Below, one piece after another: positions 34,691 to 47,240 of a stretch of DNA of 47,240 nucleotides. Positions within the stretch are counted from its first letter, which is position 1. Every line of letters begins with the position of its first letter. The translations under genes and the position numbers were made by a program. Below the pieces are notes generated by a model, which saw only the letters and a program-made list of their open reading frames with translations, made no database searches and was not told where the DNA came from. Origin of the DNA: Octopus sinensis (lineage: Eukaryota); contig NW_021834982.1 of NCBI RefSeq assembly GCF_006345805.1, forward strand, positions 1 to 47,240, read 5' to 3'.

Positions 34691-35295
34691 TGTCGGGTGC
34701 TATATTTAGTAAGGTTGCCTTATTTAATCACTTTATCTAAATGATTCGGGTCAGAGTTCAACTAAGTCACGTTTTTCTTGCAGTCACGCACACACACACA
34801 CACACATCTGTACAATCACATATATACACCAATGCACGCACATACTCACACACGCATACCACTGACCCATACAAGTAAGCGCTTGATCACATTCTGCCAC
34901 ACACAGATGCACGCCACACATACACACACACATATATATATATATATACATACATTATATATATATCCATTATATATATATATTATATATAATATATATA
35001 TATATACATACATTCTAGACATACATACGCACACATATAAAATATAAATATATGTGCATATTTATATAATATTATATATATATAGATATATATATATATA
35101 TATATGATGTGATATATATTATAGATATATATACACACATATACATATATACATATATACATATATATATTTATATATATATATACATATAATATAGACA
35201 TACATATACATGCATATATTATATGTATGTATGTATATATATATATATATAGATATATATATTATATTATATATATATTATATATATATATAACC

Positions 35296-35327
<32 letters not shown>

Positions 35328-35845
35328 TAATACATAGTATGGTATATATATATATACATACATACATGTACATACATACATACATACATACATACATACA
35401 TACACACATATATGTGTGTATATATATGTATATATATACCTTTTCATTCATCGCACAGAGCTATTTTTCGTCCCACCCTTATTCGTCAACAAAACCTCGT
35501 TTTTCCCACGGAGTGGGGTAAGGCACCCCTGGGCGGAGTCTGTGAAAATTTAACAACAAAGCGAACAAACTGCCATTTACAATAACAATTAAACAGCATC
35601 TAAACTAATTAAAATTGTCCACCCCTAAAGCGAGAACAGTTTAAAAAAAAATTGTGGTTTATCATTTTAAAAACTTGTTTGAAAACGACAACGTGATGTT
35701 TGTTGATAGGTGGAGTCTATAATGGCTGCGAGTCGAGTCTAAGGTGTTGAGGATTTGAATGGACTGAGGTTTCAGCTTTTGCCAAACGGCTTTTCAATCC
35801 GGGCAACACAGAGTTCATACTATTAATATATTTGTTAGAGAGAGA

Positions 35846-35878
<33 letters not shown>

Positions 35879-36120
35879 CGTGTATTATATATATATATAT
35901 ATATATATATAATACAAAATAATATAATATAAAATATATATATATAGATATTTATATATATAATTAAATAGCAACAGTGGTGCTCCAACATGGCCGCAGC
36001 CATCAGGGGGCTGAAACATTTTAAGGATTTAAGGATTTTAAGGGTAGAAATTGATACTAATCAATTAAAACTAGTGGCCTAGCATATTTTAAAAAATCCG
36101 AAGATTAAAAATTTTTTCTA

Positions 36121-36227
36121 TATACAAAATTTAGAGGATTGCCCACTAAAAAATGGTGATTTTGACGTCTATATCTAGCATACAGGCTTTCCACTTTTAG
36201 TGGTCAATCCTATAAATTTTGTGTATA
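36121..36227. repeat. Short imperfect inverted repeat or MITE-like hairpin (~36-bp arms, 34-bp spacer)
   Basis: tatacaaaatttagaggattgcccactaaaaaatgg versus the reverse complement tatacacaaaatttataggattgaccactaaaagtgg. Confidence 0.7.
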
Positions 36228-36253
36228 TAAATATATATATATATATATATATA

Positions 36254-36600
36254 CTAGCAGTATCGCCCGGCGTTGCTTGGGTTTGTTTATCCCTTTAGAA
36301 TTGGAATTTTTGAAAAGTAAAAATTTTACATTATGTAGCTTGTTATTCTCTTTAAGTGAACATTTTCCTGGTTGAAATACACCGAAAAATGGCGGCACAG
36401 CATTAAAAAATATCGTAAAAAATAGGGATTTTCATAGAAAAAAAGCACATTTTTGATGTAAATAATTTTTGGTGTTAACATGGTCCGATTTTCTAACATA
36501 CTCTCAATTTTGGCCAACTTGCGCCGCAATGTCTCGGAGGAAATAATGTTAGTTGAAGGCTACCAAACCTGCCATACACAGAAATACTTCAGCTTTATAC

Positions 36601-36612
<12 letters not shown>
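36254..36612 (-). mobile_element. Non-autonomous Helitron-like element
   Basis: Minus-strand 3' end has a GC hairpin (cccaagcaacgccggg) ~9 nt before CTAG|T. The other end, ctaccaaacctgccatacacaga..acttcagctt, recurs at 37030-37077. Confidence 0.55.
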
Positions 36613-36670
<58 letters not shown>

Positions 36671-37184
36671 GTAAAAATTAATGAGTGCGTGCGAAACATC
36701 AAACGGAAAATGTGACCCACCTATATTATACAAATAAAAAACACGTAGTGAATAAGCAAACGAACATATACTAAATACACAGGCTGACCAGAAAACATAG
36801 GTCACCAATTTTTCATCAATTATCAGGCAGAAGGTCAAACGCAATTTCGACCATTATCGATAATATTGCCTCTACTCTGGAGGAACCGACAAGAAACTTG
36901 TCGGGAATGGGACCTAACGTAATGAAAGGAGACGGGTTCGAGACAAAACGATTAACAGAATAAAGTCTTAGGGTCACACGTAGACAACAATTCATACATA
37001 CATACGAGTATGAGTGCGTGCGTGTGTGTTAGTTGAAGACTACCAAACCTGCCATACACAGACAACTTCAGCTTCACATACATACATTCATATATACATA
37101 CATACATGCATACATACATTCATACATACATACATACATACATACATACATGCATACATACAAATAAAACGAGATATGTATGCG

Positions 37185-37647
37185 CAAGCGTGGTTCTGTG
37201 GTAAGAAACTTGCTTCCCAACCACATGGTTACGGGTTCAGTCCCACTCCGTAGCAGCTTGGGCAACTGACTTCTACTGTAGCCTCGGGCTGACCAAAGCC
37301 TTCTGTGTAGATTTGTCAGATGGAATCTAAAAGAAGCCCATCGTGTATGTATGTATGTATGTATGTATGTATGTATGTATGTATGTATGTATGTATGTAT
37401 GTATGTATGTATGTATGTATGTATGTATGTATGTATGTATGTATTTGTGTCTGTGTTTGTCACCCTACTATTGCTCGACAACCGATGTTGGCGTGTTTCC
37501 GCCCCCATAACATAGCGGTTCGGCGAAAAAGACCGATAGAATAAGTATTAGGCTTACAAAGAATAAGTCCTGGGGTGTCGATTTGTTCGACTAAAGGTGG
37601 TGCTGCAGCATGGCCGCAGTCAAATGACTGAAACGTGTAAAAAGTAA
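37185..37647 (+). mobile_element. SINE family A, full length with expanded internal (TATG)n
   Basis: Head gcgtggttctgtggtaagaaacttgcttcccaaccacatgg..ggttcagtcc through the gcatggccgcagtcaaatgactgaaac tail. Confidence 0.9.
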
Positions 37648-37674
37648 ATATATATATATATTATATATGTGTGT

Positions 37675-37752
<78 letters not shown>

Positions 37753-38742
37753 TATATATATATAAATATATAATATATAATATAGGACAATCAGTAAGTT
37801 GTCATAATAATATTCAGTGTTTCAAATACCGAAGCTGTTTTTCATCAGTTATATATATTAAGCGTTGAACTAATACACCTGCTTGCTGTTCCTACACCTG
37901 TCTTTTGTTTTCCTATAAATTTGTTGCCTAGTTCCAAAGTAGAAACCAATATTACGTTTAAAGGTTACACGCCTCTGACGATTTGACAGTAGGTGTTGAG
38001 TATGTAATTTACGTTATGTAACTAATAATCCGCATTAAGTTACTGAAACGTGCGTAAGATGATGTAATAAAATACCTGATAAACACTCTGTCATGTTTAT
38101 TTCATTTCCTAAATATTTATTTATGTTGTATTTCTGCATGTTTCATGTATTGTTTCTTTATCGTTTAGTTTTAAAATTGTAAAAATAGAGTGAATTAAGG
38201 TGCAGCCGCCACCGGCGAACGAATATGACTTAGGAAAATGTATCATTCTTTCACTAATTTCAAGCGCTTGTATAGTCGCGACCAAACATCCTCTCGGTTC
38301 CTCCAGGACAATGAGAAATGAAGTGTCTTGCTCAAGGACACAATTCGCTGTCAGGTCAAGAAATTGAACCCATAAGCGTATGATAATCAATTGAACAGCT
38401 TACCTATTGGATAAGCAAGTTTTCTTAGATTAAAAATAGCTTCCAGTTTATTACACAAACAGATTCAACTCACTTAGACACGTACACACAGAGAGATTAC
38501 CGAGGCACACACACACACACACACAGATATTTGTCAAACTTCATCCTACACCAAATGGCCCAAGAACATAGGCAAAAAGCAGATGCAGGAATGGTGATAT
38601 GAAATCTTACAACCCTGAAAAAAATCAGTCAAAGAAGAATGTTAACTAAAAGTACAAAATCACGGCGGAGCTCCAGCATGACCGCAGCCACGTGTCTGAA
38701 ACGAATAAAAGAATAAGAGAAAAAAAGAATATATATATATGT

Positions 38743-39483
38743 ACACACATGACAAGTAAATAGACACCCCATAAAATATCGTTTTATGCTTATTCTAACT
38801 TGTAAAGGTTTATATTTTTATGTCTCACGTTCTATATGCGACTGTTTAATCATGCCATGGTTACTATGGCAGAGCAGCAAGAAGGAAGCCACTTCTTCGA
38901 CCAGCCAACATCCAGCAGAGAAAAGATTGTACCTTTGAGATGGTGGAGAAGCCACTAGCATTTTGGGACACTGTCATATTCTCTGATGAGTCCAGATTTG
39001 CTGTATTTCCTGACAGTGGTCGAGTGTGGGGTCTGGAGACCCTGTGGTCAAGAATTTGATGTGAAAAGATTGCAGCCAACAATGAAACACGATAGCTATT
39101 CCGTGATGGTCTGAGGAGCAATTTGAAGCAATGGTTGATCAAATCTGGTGGAGCTTGAGGGAAACATAAACTCAGATAAATGTCTCCATATTGCAGGAAG
39201 GATTCCTTCTAATCTTCTCCAATGGTGAAATGATTAAAGAAGATTCTTTATTTATGGAAGATGGGTCTCCTTGTCACACGTCTAAAATGACCCAAGATTT
39301 GTTGGATGAGAATGGCATTAAAGAGCTTCCATGGCCAAGCCAGTCACCAGATATGAACCCTATTGAAAACCTCTGGGACATAACGGACAGGACACTTCAT
39401 AAAAAGAACAAGAAAACATCTTCAAAGCGTGATTTTTTGCGATTACTGCATGAAACTTGGCAAAAAATTCCGCAAGAGAATAT
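38743..39483 (+). mobile_element. Second Tc1 (DD34E) copy, internally deleted and 3'-truncated
   Basis: Left TIR cacacatgacaagtaaatagacacccc after TA. Nearly identical to 745-1770 but lacks 876-1146 (joined at TG microhomology). FMEDG...PIE spacing is 34 residues. Confidence 0.92.
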
Positions 39484-39618
39484 AATTTTTAAAATTGGAG
39501 TTAACAAGGAGTGTGGTTGGACCAACCGCAACTCCATTTCGACTCCAGTTTTTTCAATCATCTTTTCATACACGACAGATTCCCAAACCGCAAACCTGAA
39601 GTACGTATACTACCACTA

Positions 39619-39659
<41 letters not shown>

Positions 39660-39834
39660 TACTACTACTACTACTACTACTACTACCACTACTACTACTA
39701 CTACTGGATTGCATGGATGAAATCTGAAGGTGGACGAGCTTTATACTAAACTCTACTACGTTCTTAACGCAATATACCATAACTAACATCTACATATGTG
39801 TGTGTGTGTGTGTGTATGTGTATGTATGTATATA

Positions 39835-39877
<43 letters not shown>

Positions 39878-39880
39878 ATA

Positions 39881-39913
<33 letters not shown>

Positions 39914-39943
39914 GTACATATATATATGCATATACTTATACAT

Positions 39944-39983
<40 letters not shown>

Positions 39984-39984
39984 T

Positions 39985-40038
<54 letters not shown>

Positions 40039-40646
40039 GCGTGTCTGTGAGCGTGTATCCATATACATACATATAATGTGTGTACGTGTGTGTATACTAT
40101 ATATACACACACACACATGTACATATACCTCCTACGCTCCCACACATCCCCACATGCCATATATAGGTGAAGTGAACCCAGAAATCAAAGTTGGGTATAG
40201 ATACAAATGATTAATGTACTCGGTGTACACATCACACCAGTGTGTGTGTGTGTGTGTGTGTGCGTGTTATACGCTTTTCTATATATGGGTGAGTGCGAGT
40301 GTGACTGTGTGTGGGGTGGGGTGGGGGTGGGTGTTAGTGTATTGTTTAATTAAGTTAAATTTGATTAATCATTATCTGTTTCAGTTAGTTCGTAGTTTTA
40401 ATCACAAGTTTGATGCATCATCCAACCCCCCCCACACACACACACATACATATTGTCTCTCTGTGTATGTCTGTATCTGTGTATGTTCGTTATGGATGAA
40501 TTACATGCGTGTGTGTGTGTGTGTGTTGGGAGAGAAAGAGAGAGAGAAAGGGAGAGAGGGAGAGAGAGAAAGAAAGAAAGAAAGAGAGAAAGGTACACAA
40601 AAATAGCATGCAGGTTGATAGATTTGTCTATCTATCTATCTGTCTA

Positions 40647-40713
<67 letters not shown>

Positions 40714-41006
40714 GCATATCTGTCTATCTGTGTATCTGTCTGTCTGTCCGTCCGTCTGTCTGTCTATACATGTATGTAATTGTATCTGTCTGCTATGTAA
40801 TCCTGCTCTGAGGGTCGTCCAGAGTAAATCAGGAAAACGGAACAAAACGCGAGAGATTGTTTTTGAAGATATTTTAGTCACGTCATCTTACGTACGTTTC
40901 ATTAACCCAAAGCGATTATTTGTTGTATAATGTAACTTACGTAAACAAAATATGATATCGACAGAGACGTGTGAATTACAAACGCACGCGCGCACGCACA
41001 CACACA

Positions 41007-41054
<48 letters not shown>

Positions 41055-41083
41055 ACGTACACATCTACATACATACAACTTCT

Positions 41084-41973
41084 GGATCTTTTCAATTCTG
41101 AAGCCAGTTTTTTCAAATTTTTCCTACTGAACCAAACAATTTGAAACTTCGTATACTGGTAGAATGTGTCAAAAGTAAACTTAATTGTAAACCAGAATGA
41201 AAACGGAATTGTAACTTCTAAGTTTAACGTTGTTTAATAATTAGAATTTTAACCAATGATATTCCGTCATTCGGCTTTATTTTATTTACTCCGTCTCGAC
41301 CACCAATTTGGTGACGTATTAAACATCTTAAATGTAAACAGACCGCATGTCTCCGTGAAATCTCCTTCTAATTATTTAACGTACTCATGTTTCCAGGATC
41401 CTATAGTCAGCCACCTTCTAATAACAATATTTAAAACTAGTTAATAAGCCACATGTATTAAATTGAAAATGTTTCCATTCTGTTAGTACTTACTTTCGTT
41501 TGCTATTAAGAAGTGGCATCTCAGTGACGAGGTTCTAACAAGATTTCGTTTCTAAGCTAATGCGTTTCATTTCACTTATTGTATTTATTTGTGCAAAAGG
41601 CAAGAAATTTAATATTAAAAAAGCAAAGAGCTGGCAGAAACGTTAGCACGCCGGGCGAAATGCGTAGCCGTATTTCGTCTGCCGTTACGTTCTGTGTTTC
41701 TTTACAGTTTTTAAACGAACGTTAGTACGTCACAAAAGCGCTTTCTACGTCACACTAATAGAATGCAGTCAAGTTTTACACATGAAAACAAACAATCTGA
41801 TTGGTTAAAATTCGCAGTTTTAATCTACGATTAAAGTCATAAAATAGATTTTTCTCAAATAAACTAGTTCCAACCTGTGTCTTGTTTTGCTAGACTCTAT
41901 CAGCATACGAAGTTTCAGATTATTTAGTTAAGTAGAAAGATCTGTGGTCCTGGCTTCAGAATTGAAAAGATCC
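41084..41973. mobile_element. 890-bp MITE or non-autonomous DNA transposon with perfect 24-bp TIR and 8-bp TSD
   Basis: TIR ggatcttttcaattctgaagccag (41084-41107) and its reverse complement (41950-41973). TSD caacttct at 41076-41083 and 41974-41981. Subterminal inverted motifs aaacttcgtat and ttttaaccaat. Confidence 0.9.
41627..41697 (+). mobile_element. SINE family B 5' fragment inside the MITE
   Basis: gagctggcagaaacgttagcacgccgggcgaaatgcgtagccgtatttcgtctgccgttacgttctg. Confidence 0.85.
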
Positions 41974-42122
41974 CAACTTCTTTCAGTTTCTGTCTACCGA
42001 ATCCACTCACAAGGCTTTTATCGCTCCGAGGCTATAGTAGAAGACACTTGGTTAAAGTACCACACAGTGGAACTGAACCTGGAACCATGCGGTTGGGAAG
42101 CAAGCCTTTTACCACACAGCCA
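41974..42122 (-). mobile_element. SINE family A 5' half, the target of the MITE insertion
   Basis: cttctttcagtttctgtctaccgaatccactcacaagg...accacacagcc. Confidence 0.85.
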
Positions 42123-43022
42123 TATATTGATAGCTATCCACTCATGGCCGCGGAAGACCATCATTGTCCATCGCCTATGTAAATTGCTAGCAATACCCGA
42201 ACATGAGGTTAGTCAACGGCACCCGAGTAAGCGCACGTGGCTTCCATGCTCCCCGCGGGGCCACCCTACTCGACTGGGCATCGGATAGTTTGTGACACAC
42301 TGTTAAAGGCAAATTCACTGCAGTCACCAATGAGAAAAAATATTCTCCCTCACAATAAAGCGTATAAAAACGCCATATTTGCCCAGCGTTAAACCTTTTA
42401 CCATAAGAGAATTCGTTCTCCATGGTAACTGCAGCGATTTTGCCTTCGGAAGTTAAAATAGGCGCAGGAGTAGCTGTGTGGTAAGTAGCTTGCTTACCAA
42501 CCACATGGCTCCGGGTTCAGTCCCACTGGCAATAGATAGATAGATAGATTTTTTCTTTTGAATGTGTCCTGTATGGCTAATTCCTGTCACTCAGCTTCGA
42601 CAGATTTCAATCTCAGTTACGGCTGGTTGGCACTGAAATCATTGTGGATCAAACACGTGACTCGTGCTAAATGCTTCGTTAAATCCCTCTTTGTTTATTG
42701 GGTTCTGAGTACTGGAGGGTGGTGTCCCATAATTTAATGAGAAGCAGTGCGGAGCTAATTAAACGCTCTATTAGATTTAAGTACACTGGTTTTATGGAGC
42801 GCTTCAAAGGGATTGTAACCGAAATGCTGGCGGCGGGGGTGTCGCAAAAAGGAAAAAAGAAAGAAGAAAAAAGTAAGAGTGAAAGCAGGTACCCCTCTCT
42901 CTCTTTCTTTCTTTGTTACCCTTCTCTCTCTCTGTCTCTTTCTCTCTCTCTGTGTCTCTGTCTCTTTGTGTATGTCTGTTATCCTTCGCTCTCTCTCTCT
43001 TTCTTTGTGTTCTGTCTGTCAC

Positions 43023-43080
<58 letters not shown>

Positions 43081-43257
43081 TAAAAACATACGCATGCAAA
43101 TACGCACACGTGTATATATATGTATACACCTTTGTTGATTCACTTTACCTGTAAACGATATTGGAGTAATATCTGTCTGTCTGACTGTCTTCTTTCTGTC
43201 TGTCTGTATCCATCTGTTTATCTGCCAGTCTGACTGTCAGTCAGTCTGTCTAGGAAT

Positions 43258-43324
<67 letters not shown>

Positions 43325-43499
43325 GCCCTCCCTCCCTCTATATCAGACTTTCTCTCACACACTTGATTAGCAGAATTGTTTAGAGCTTTCTGGTATTTTA
43401 GCTCTGCTTCCGAAGTGAGTTTTTAATGATGATGCCCCAGTATGGCCACACACATACAATACACACGTATATGCATGCATCGTGCGTACGTATGTATGA

Positions 43500-43850
43500 A
43501 AGCCTGGCTGCCACTTTTCAGTTTCTTCAATTTTGTTCCAATTGATTTCATATTTGGTGTATTGGTGTAGTTTTGCATGGTAATTATTCCAAACAACAAC
43601 AAAAAGAAGTTATGTGAGTTCTGCCAATATTTCATTTGTTTTACAATTTTGATATTAAAACATGTGCTCTCGTTGCACCGTTGACAATACGTGAAGTCAA
43701 GTGCAAAATGATAGCTTCCAAATCCTGTTTTCTGACGGGGCAAAGATGATTAAATTTCAAATCTCTGTAAATTTTCTGGAAAATAACATCTATATACCAA
43801 GTATGGAAATTTTGACTTAATTCTGAAATTTCAAAATGTGCCGCCAAACA
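43500..43850. mobile_element. Possible old MITE (decayed inverted subterminal motifs)
   Basis: gatttcatatttggtgtat (~43546) versus tatataccaagtatggaaatt (~43793). Termini and TSD are not resolvable. Confidence 0.35.
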
Positions 43851-43894
43851 GAAAACGTTAATTCTCTAGAAATGTGTTTATGTTTAGGCACAAG

Positions 43895-44575
43895 GCCCGA
43901 AATTTTGAACTCAGAACGTAAAGCAGCTGAAATGCCTCTAAGCATTTCGCCCAGCGTGCTAACGTTTCTGCCAGCTCGCCGCCTTATAATGGCAGAATTG
44001 TTAGCACGTTGGACGAAATGCTTAAGGGTGCTTCGCCCGTCGCTATGTTCTGGGTTCAAATTCCGCCGAGGTCGACTTTGCATTTTATCCTTTCGGGATC
44101 GATAAATTAAGTACCAGTTGAGTACTGGGGTCGATGAAATTGACTATCGCCCTCCCACAAATCTTGTGCCTAGAGTAGAAACCATTGTAAGCACGCCGGG
44201 CGAAATACGTAGCCGTATTTCGTCTGCCGTTACGTTCTGAGTTAAAATTCCGCCGAGGTCGACTTTGCCTTTCATCCTTTCAAGGTCGATTAAATAAGTA
44301 CCAGTTACGCACTGGGGTCAATTTAATTGACTTAATCCGTTTGTCTGTCCTTGTTTGTACTCTCTGTGTTTAGCCCCTTGTGAGCAATAAAGAAATATGA
44401 ATTGTTAGCTTGCCGGACGAAATGCTTAGCGGTTTTCTAAGTTCAAATACCGACGAGGTATTTGAACTTTGCCTTCCATCCTTTCGGGGTCTATAAATTA
44501 AATACCAGTTGCATACTGGGGTCGATCTAATTAACTGTCCCTGCCTCCCCTAAAATTTCAGGCCTTGTGCATAGA
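43895..44575. mobile_element. Cluster of four SINE family B copies (one minus, then three plus)
   Basis: Minus 43895-43984 is head-to-head with plus 43989-44175; further plus copies at 44188-44398 and 44400-44575. Confidence 0.88.
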
Positions 44576-45059
44576 AAAGAATGTCTTGCAATTTCCTATT
44601 TCTATACAAAATAAACAGCGAGGTAAATTTAAGATGAAAGGGAGATAACACAAAGAACTTATTGCAGTTGTTTCCCTTTGAGCCTTGACATTCCATTTTA
44701 CTTCGCTGTCTCAATGGAATATCATTTATCGTTGATTTTTAAATTAAAAATAAAGTTTTTTTTAAAGTGCAAATGTAATTATTAATTCTATTGTATCTGG
44801 AGAGAGTCATTTTCTTTTTGTGCCTGACACTCACCGGTAATATTTCCACTTTTTTTCTTACTTTTATTTTCCTAAAATGACTCTCCCCAGACACAAACAG
44901 AATATGCTTCAACACACGAACTCATATAAAGGATCTTGCAAACCAAATCCCAAAACGAAATATAATTATTAAATAATTTATTTACTCAACCAAAAAACAC
45001 CAATACACATACACATACATAGATGAAAAGGAACTCTTTCATCATAATTCTAACAACAA

Positions 45060-45111
45060 AAGTGACCGAGTGGAATACTGCTCCCATATCTGGTAGTCAG
45101 GGTTGCTGGTT

Positions 45112-45180
<69 letters not shown>

Positions 45181-45420
45181 CACCACCACCACCACCACCA
45201 CCACAACTACTACTACTACTACACACACACACACAAACACACACACAAACACACACAAACATTCACACACATACACGCAAACAAACACATACACATGCAC
45301 ACACATAAGACACACACACACACTCACACACATACAAGTTCATGCACACACGCACACACACATAGAGATATTCTGGTTGACATCCAGAGAAGGGCCGCTC
45401 AACTGATTGACATCAGCTAC
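45060..45420 (+). mobile_element. CR1/L2-type RT C-terminal remnant split by (CTA)n(CCA)n(CA)n
   Basis: VEYCSHIW (45067-45092), then after the repeats ILVDIQRRAAQLI (45367-45410). Confidence 0.55.
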
Positions 45421-45719
45421 AGGGGCCAACAGGGTAAGTCCCAAGTTGTACGAAAAAAGAGGGAAAAGCCCTGCGCTCGATTCCAGGCGGGGGATCCCAG
45501 CATGGCCGCAGTCCAATGAGTGAAACAGGCAAAAGATAAAAGCCATATAAACGTAGAGGGTGGGGCCAAAGTTCACTCCCGAAACAAGTTCAATAAGGCT
45601 CCGGGTTAGTCAAAGACTGGCTTCGATTTTTCTAAGATTAAATAAAATGAATAGGATAACGATGGCGGAATACACACGGACTCGTACCTGATGGACAAGA
45701 TAAATAAATAAATAAATGA

Positions 45720-45763
45720 ATGAATAAATAAATAATAATAATAAGCAGAAGAAGAAGAAGAAG

Positions 45764-45824
<61 letters not shown>

Positions 45825-45911
45825 ATATAATGAGAAGAGTAGTAGTAGTAGTAGTAGTAGTAATAATAATAATAAGAAGAGTAGCAGTAGTAGTAGTAGT
45901 AAGAAGAAAAA

Positions 45912-45956
<45 letters not shown>

Positions 45957-45971
45957 CAGTAATAATAAGAA

Positions 45972-46006
<35 letters not shown>

Positions 46007-46040
46007 ATAATAATAATAATGATGATGATGATGATGATTT
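45720..46040. repeat. Compound (AAT)/(GAA)/(AGT)/(GAT) microsatellite with repeated aagaagagtagtag units
   Basis: Direct reading. Confidence 0.9.
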
Positions 46041-46189
46041 CTTCATTAACCACAAGCGTCTACATGAAGGAAAACATGGACAGCAGAGGACAAAATAATA
46101 AAAAAAATGTTTGTTAGTGTTGCAGTTGTGAGGGTTTAGCGTGTGAAGAAGACTAATAAAATTTTAATAAAGAGAGAGAGAGAGAGAGA

Positions 46190-47240
46190 GATCAACAATG
46201 TGTAATCCTCAGTAGGGAGGAGGAGAGGTTCGAGGACCGCTCATGGAAAAACCTCATAAAAGAAAAACCCCAAAGGCGCCCTGACTTTTGCGTTTCCTTT
46301 CCTCTTTCCAGCTACAGGCGTATGCTGGGGACAGAGCCGTTCACCCGCACCATTCTCGCCCCTTTCATCCACTTTTCAATAAACTGGCTAGAAGACAACA
46401 CTTCCCTCTCTCCCCTTATTTTCCTTTTCAAGTGAAACTTGAAGAACTTCATCAGGAATTGGCCAAAGAGAAAACTGCTTGTCTTCAGCTTTTTCAGTCT
46501 TGTCCACCATACAAGCTCTATTGCCATGGTCACCAGGCATATGAACACAGCCTTTCCTTCCCGGTTAAAGGAAGGCAGTGGGGCAAGCTTCACAATGGAT
46601 TCTGTTAACAGCCAGATCCCATCCCACACACGACAGCAGGTGTTCGACATAAACCCTCAGATCAGCAATGCTCAGGCACTGGACGAGTGCATCTCGAACA
46701 TGTTCGGCTGACGGCGCTTCTGTGCCTGTAAAGTTTATCCCAAACAGGCAAAGCTACCCGGTAGCACTACCAGGCCTGAGATTTTTGGAAATAATTCATC
46801 GGTCGTGGCCCGAAAGTCCTCTGGAAAAGAGCGACTAGCTGATCTTCGACGCCGAAGGTCTCCCCAAAAACATCGTCGCACTTTACCTTCACTAATCTTC
46901 TATAAATAGCTAAAGTGGATGTTCCACCTATCACACTATCCGATTGGTTGAGGGCTGTGAGCGCTTGAAGACATTCCACTTTCAAAATGCTCGGTCTCTG
47001 TTATACCCAGGATTACTGCTCCGTTAAAGAAAACTAGCTGCGGAAATACGTGTCTGGTGAATGGTGACCACACTTGTTCACCGTCAAGGACGCACTGGAG
47101 ATGTCGTAGACTCAGAGCATGTCTGCGCATCATCAACCACGGCACGCCTAGGCCACCACGCAGCGGATGCTGACAGCAGATAGACTGCCTGACCATCGGG
47201 ACACTGTAGTTACAGGGCCTAAAATATGGGGGTAGAGACA
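46190..47240 (-). mobile_element. L1/Tx1-clade LINE ORF2 C-terminus and 3' UTR, degraded, continuing beyond the window
   Basis: Minus strand: FQKSQAW.CYR.ALPV.DKLYRH...RTCSRC (partial Zn knuckle), ALVQC, VFICLV.MA.ELVWWTR, FFKFHLKRKIR.ER..LS...F..KW. Confidence 0.7.

Noticed and set aside
37807-38060. Two HHR-like strings (minus 37807-37852; plus 37971-38060)
   Set aside because: The first lacks a pairable stem III and the second needs a ~60-nt poorly paired stem II. They may be decayed relics but are not supportable.
1-47240. The many ORFs with poly-YI, MYVC, HT, S, T, V, L or ER runs
   Set aside because: They are translations of microsatellites and have no coding signal.

Overview
Eukaryotic, repeat-saturated genomic DNA. 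It is almost certainly from an octopus or related cephalopod, inferred from the tRNA-headed SINE families and the extreme AT/CA/CATA/AGT microsatellite load. Only one host coding exon is supportable: a ~1.25 kb + strand terminal exon (21570-22821) encoding an NHL/WD-type beta-propeller with poly-Asn inserts, probably the C-terminus of a TRIM-like protein. Nearly all other ORF-track entries are microsatellite or transposon artefacts. The rest is a transposon graveyard: two dead Tc1 (DD34E) copies, HERO-like and R4/Dong-like RLE retrotransposons, CR1, RTE and L1/Tx1 3' ends, Penelope-like elements (PLEs) with RT and GIY-YIG, a non-autonomous Helitron, an 890-bp MITE with a perfect 24-bp TIR and 8-bp TSD, and more than 25 SINE pieces. 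The most striking signal not visible in the ORF track is a dense set of type I hammerhead-ribozyme (HHR) motifs, read and folded by eye. There are seven fairly complete motifs plus partial or degenerate ones, mostly in PLE-type terminal repeats. They include core variants (U3-A8 swap, U4C, A9C), palindromic dimer-type stem III, and a perfect 67-bp palindrome carrying back-to-back HHRs on both strands. PLE-borne HHRs are known in general; whether these variants are described or active was not checked. All alignments were done by eye and no database searches were run.
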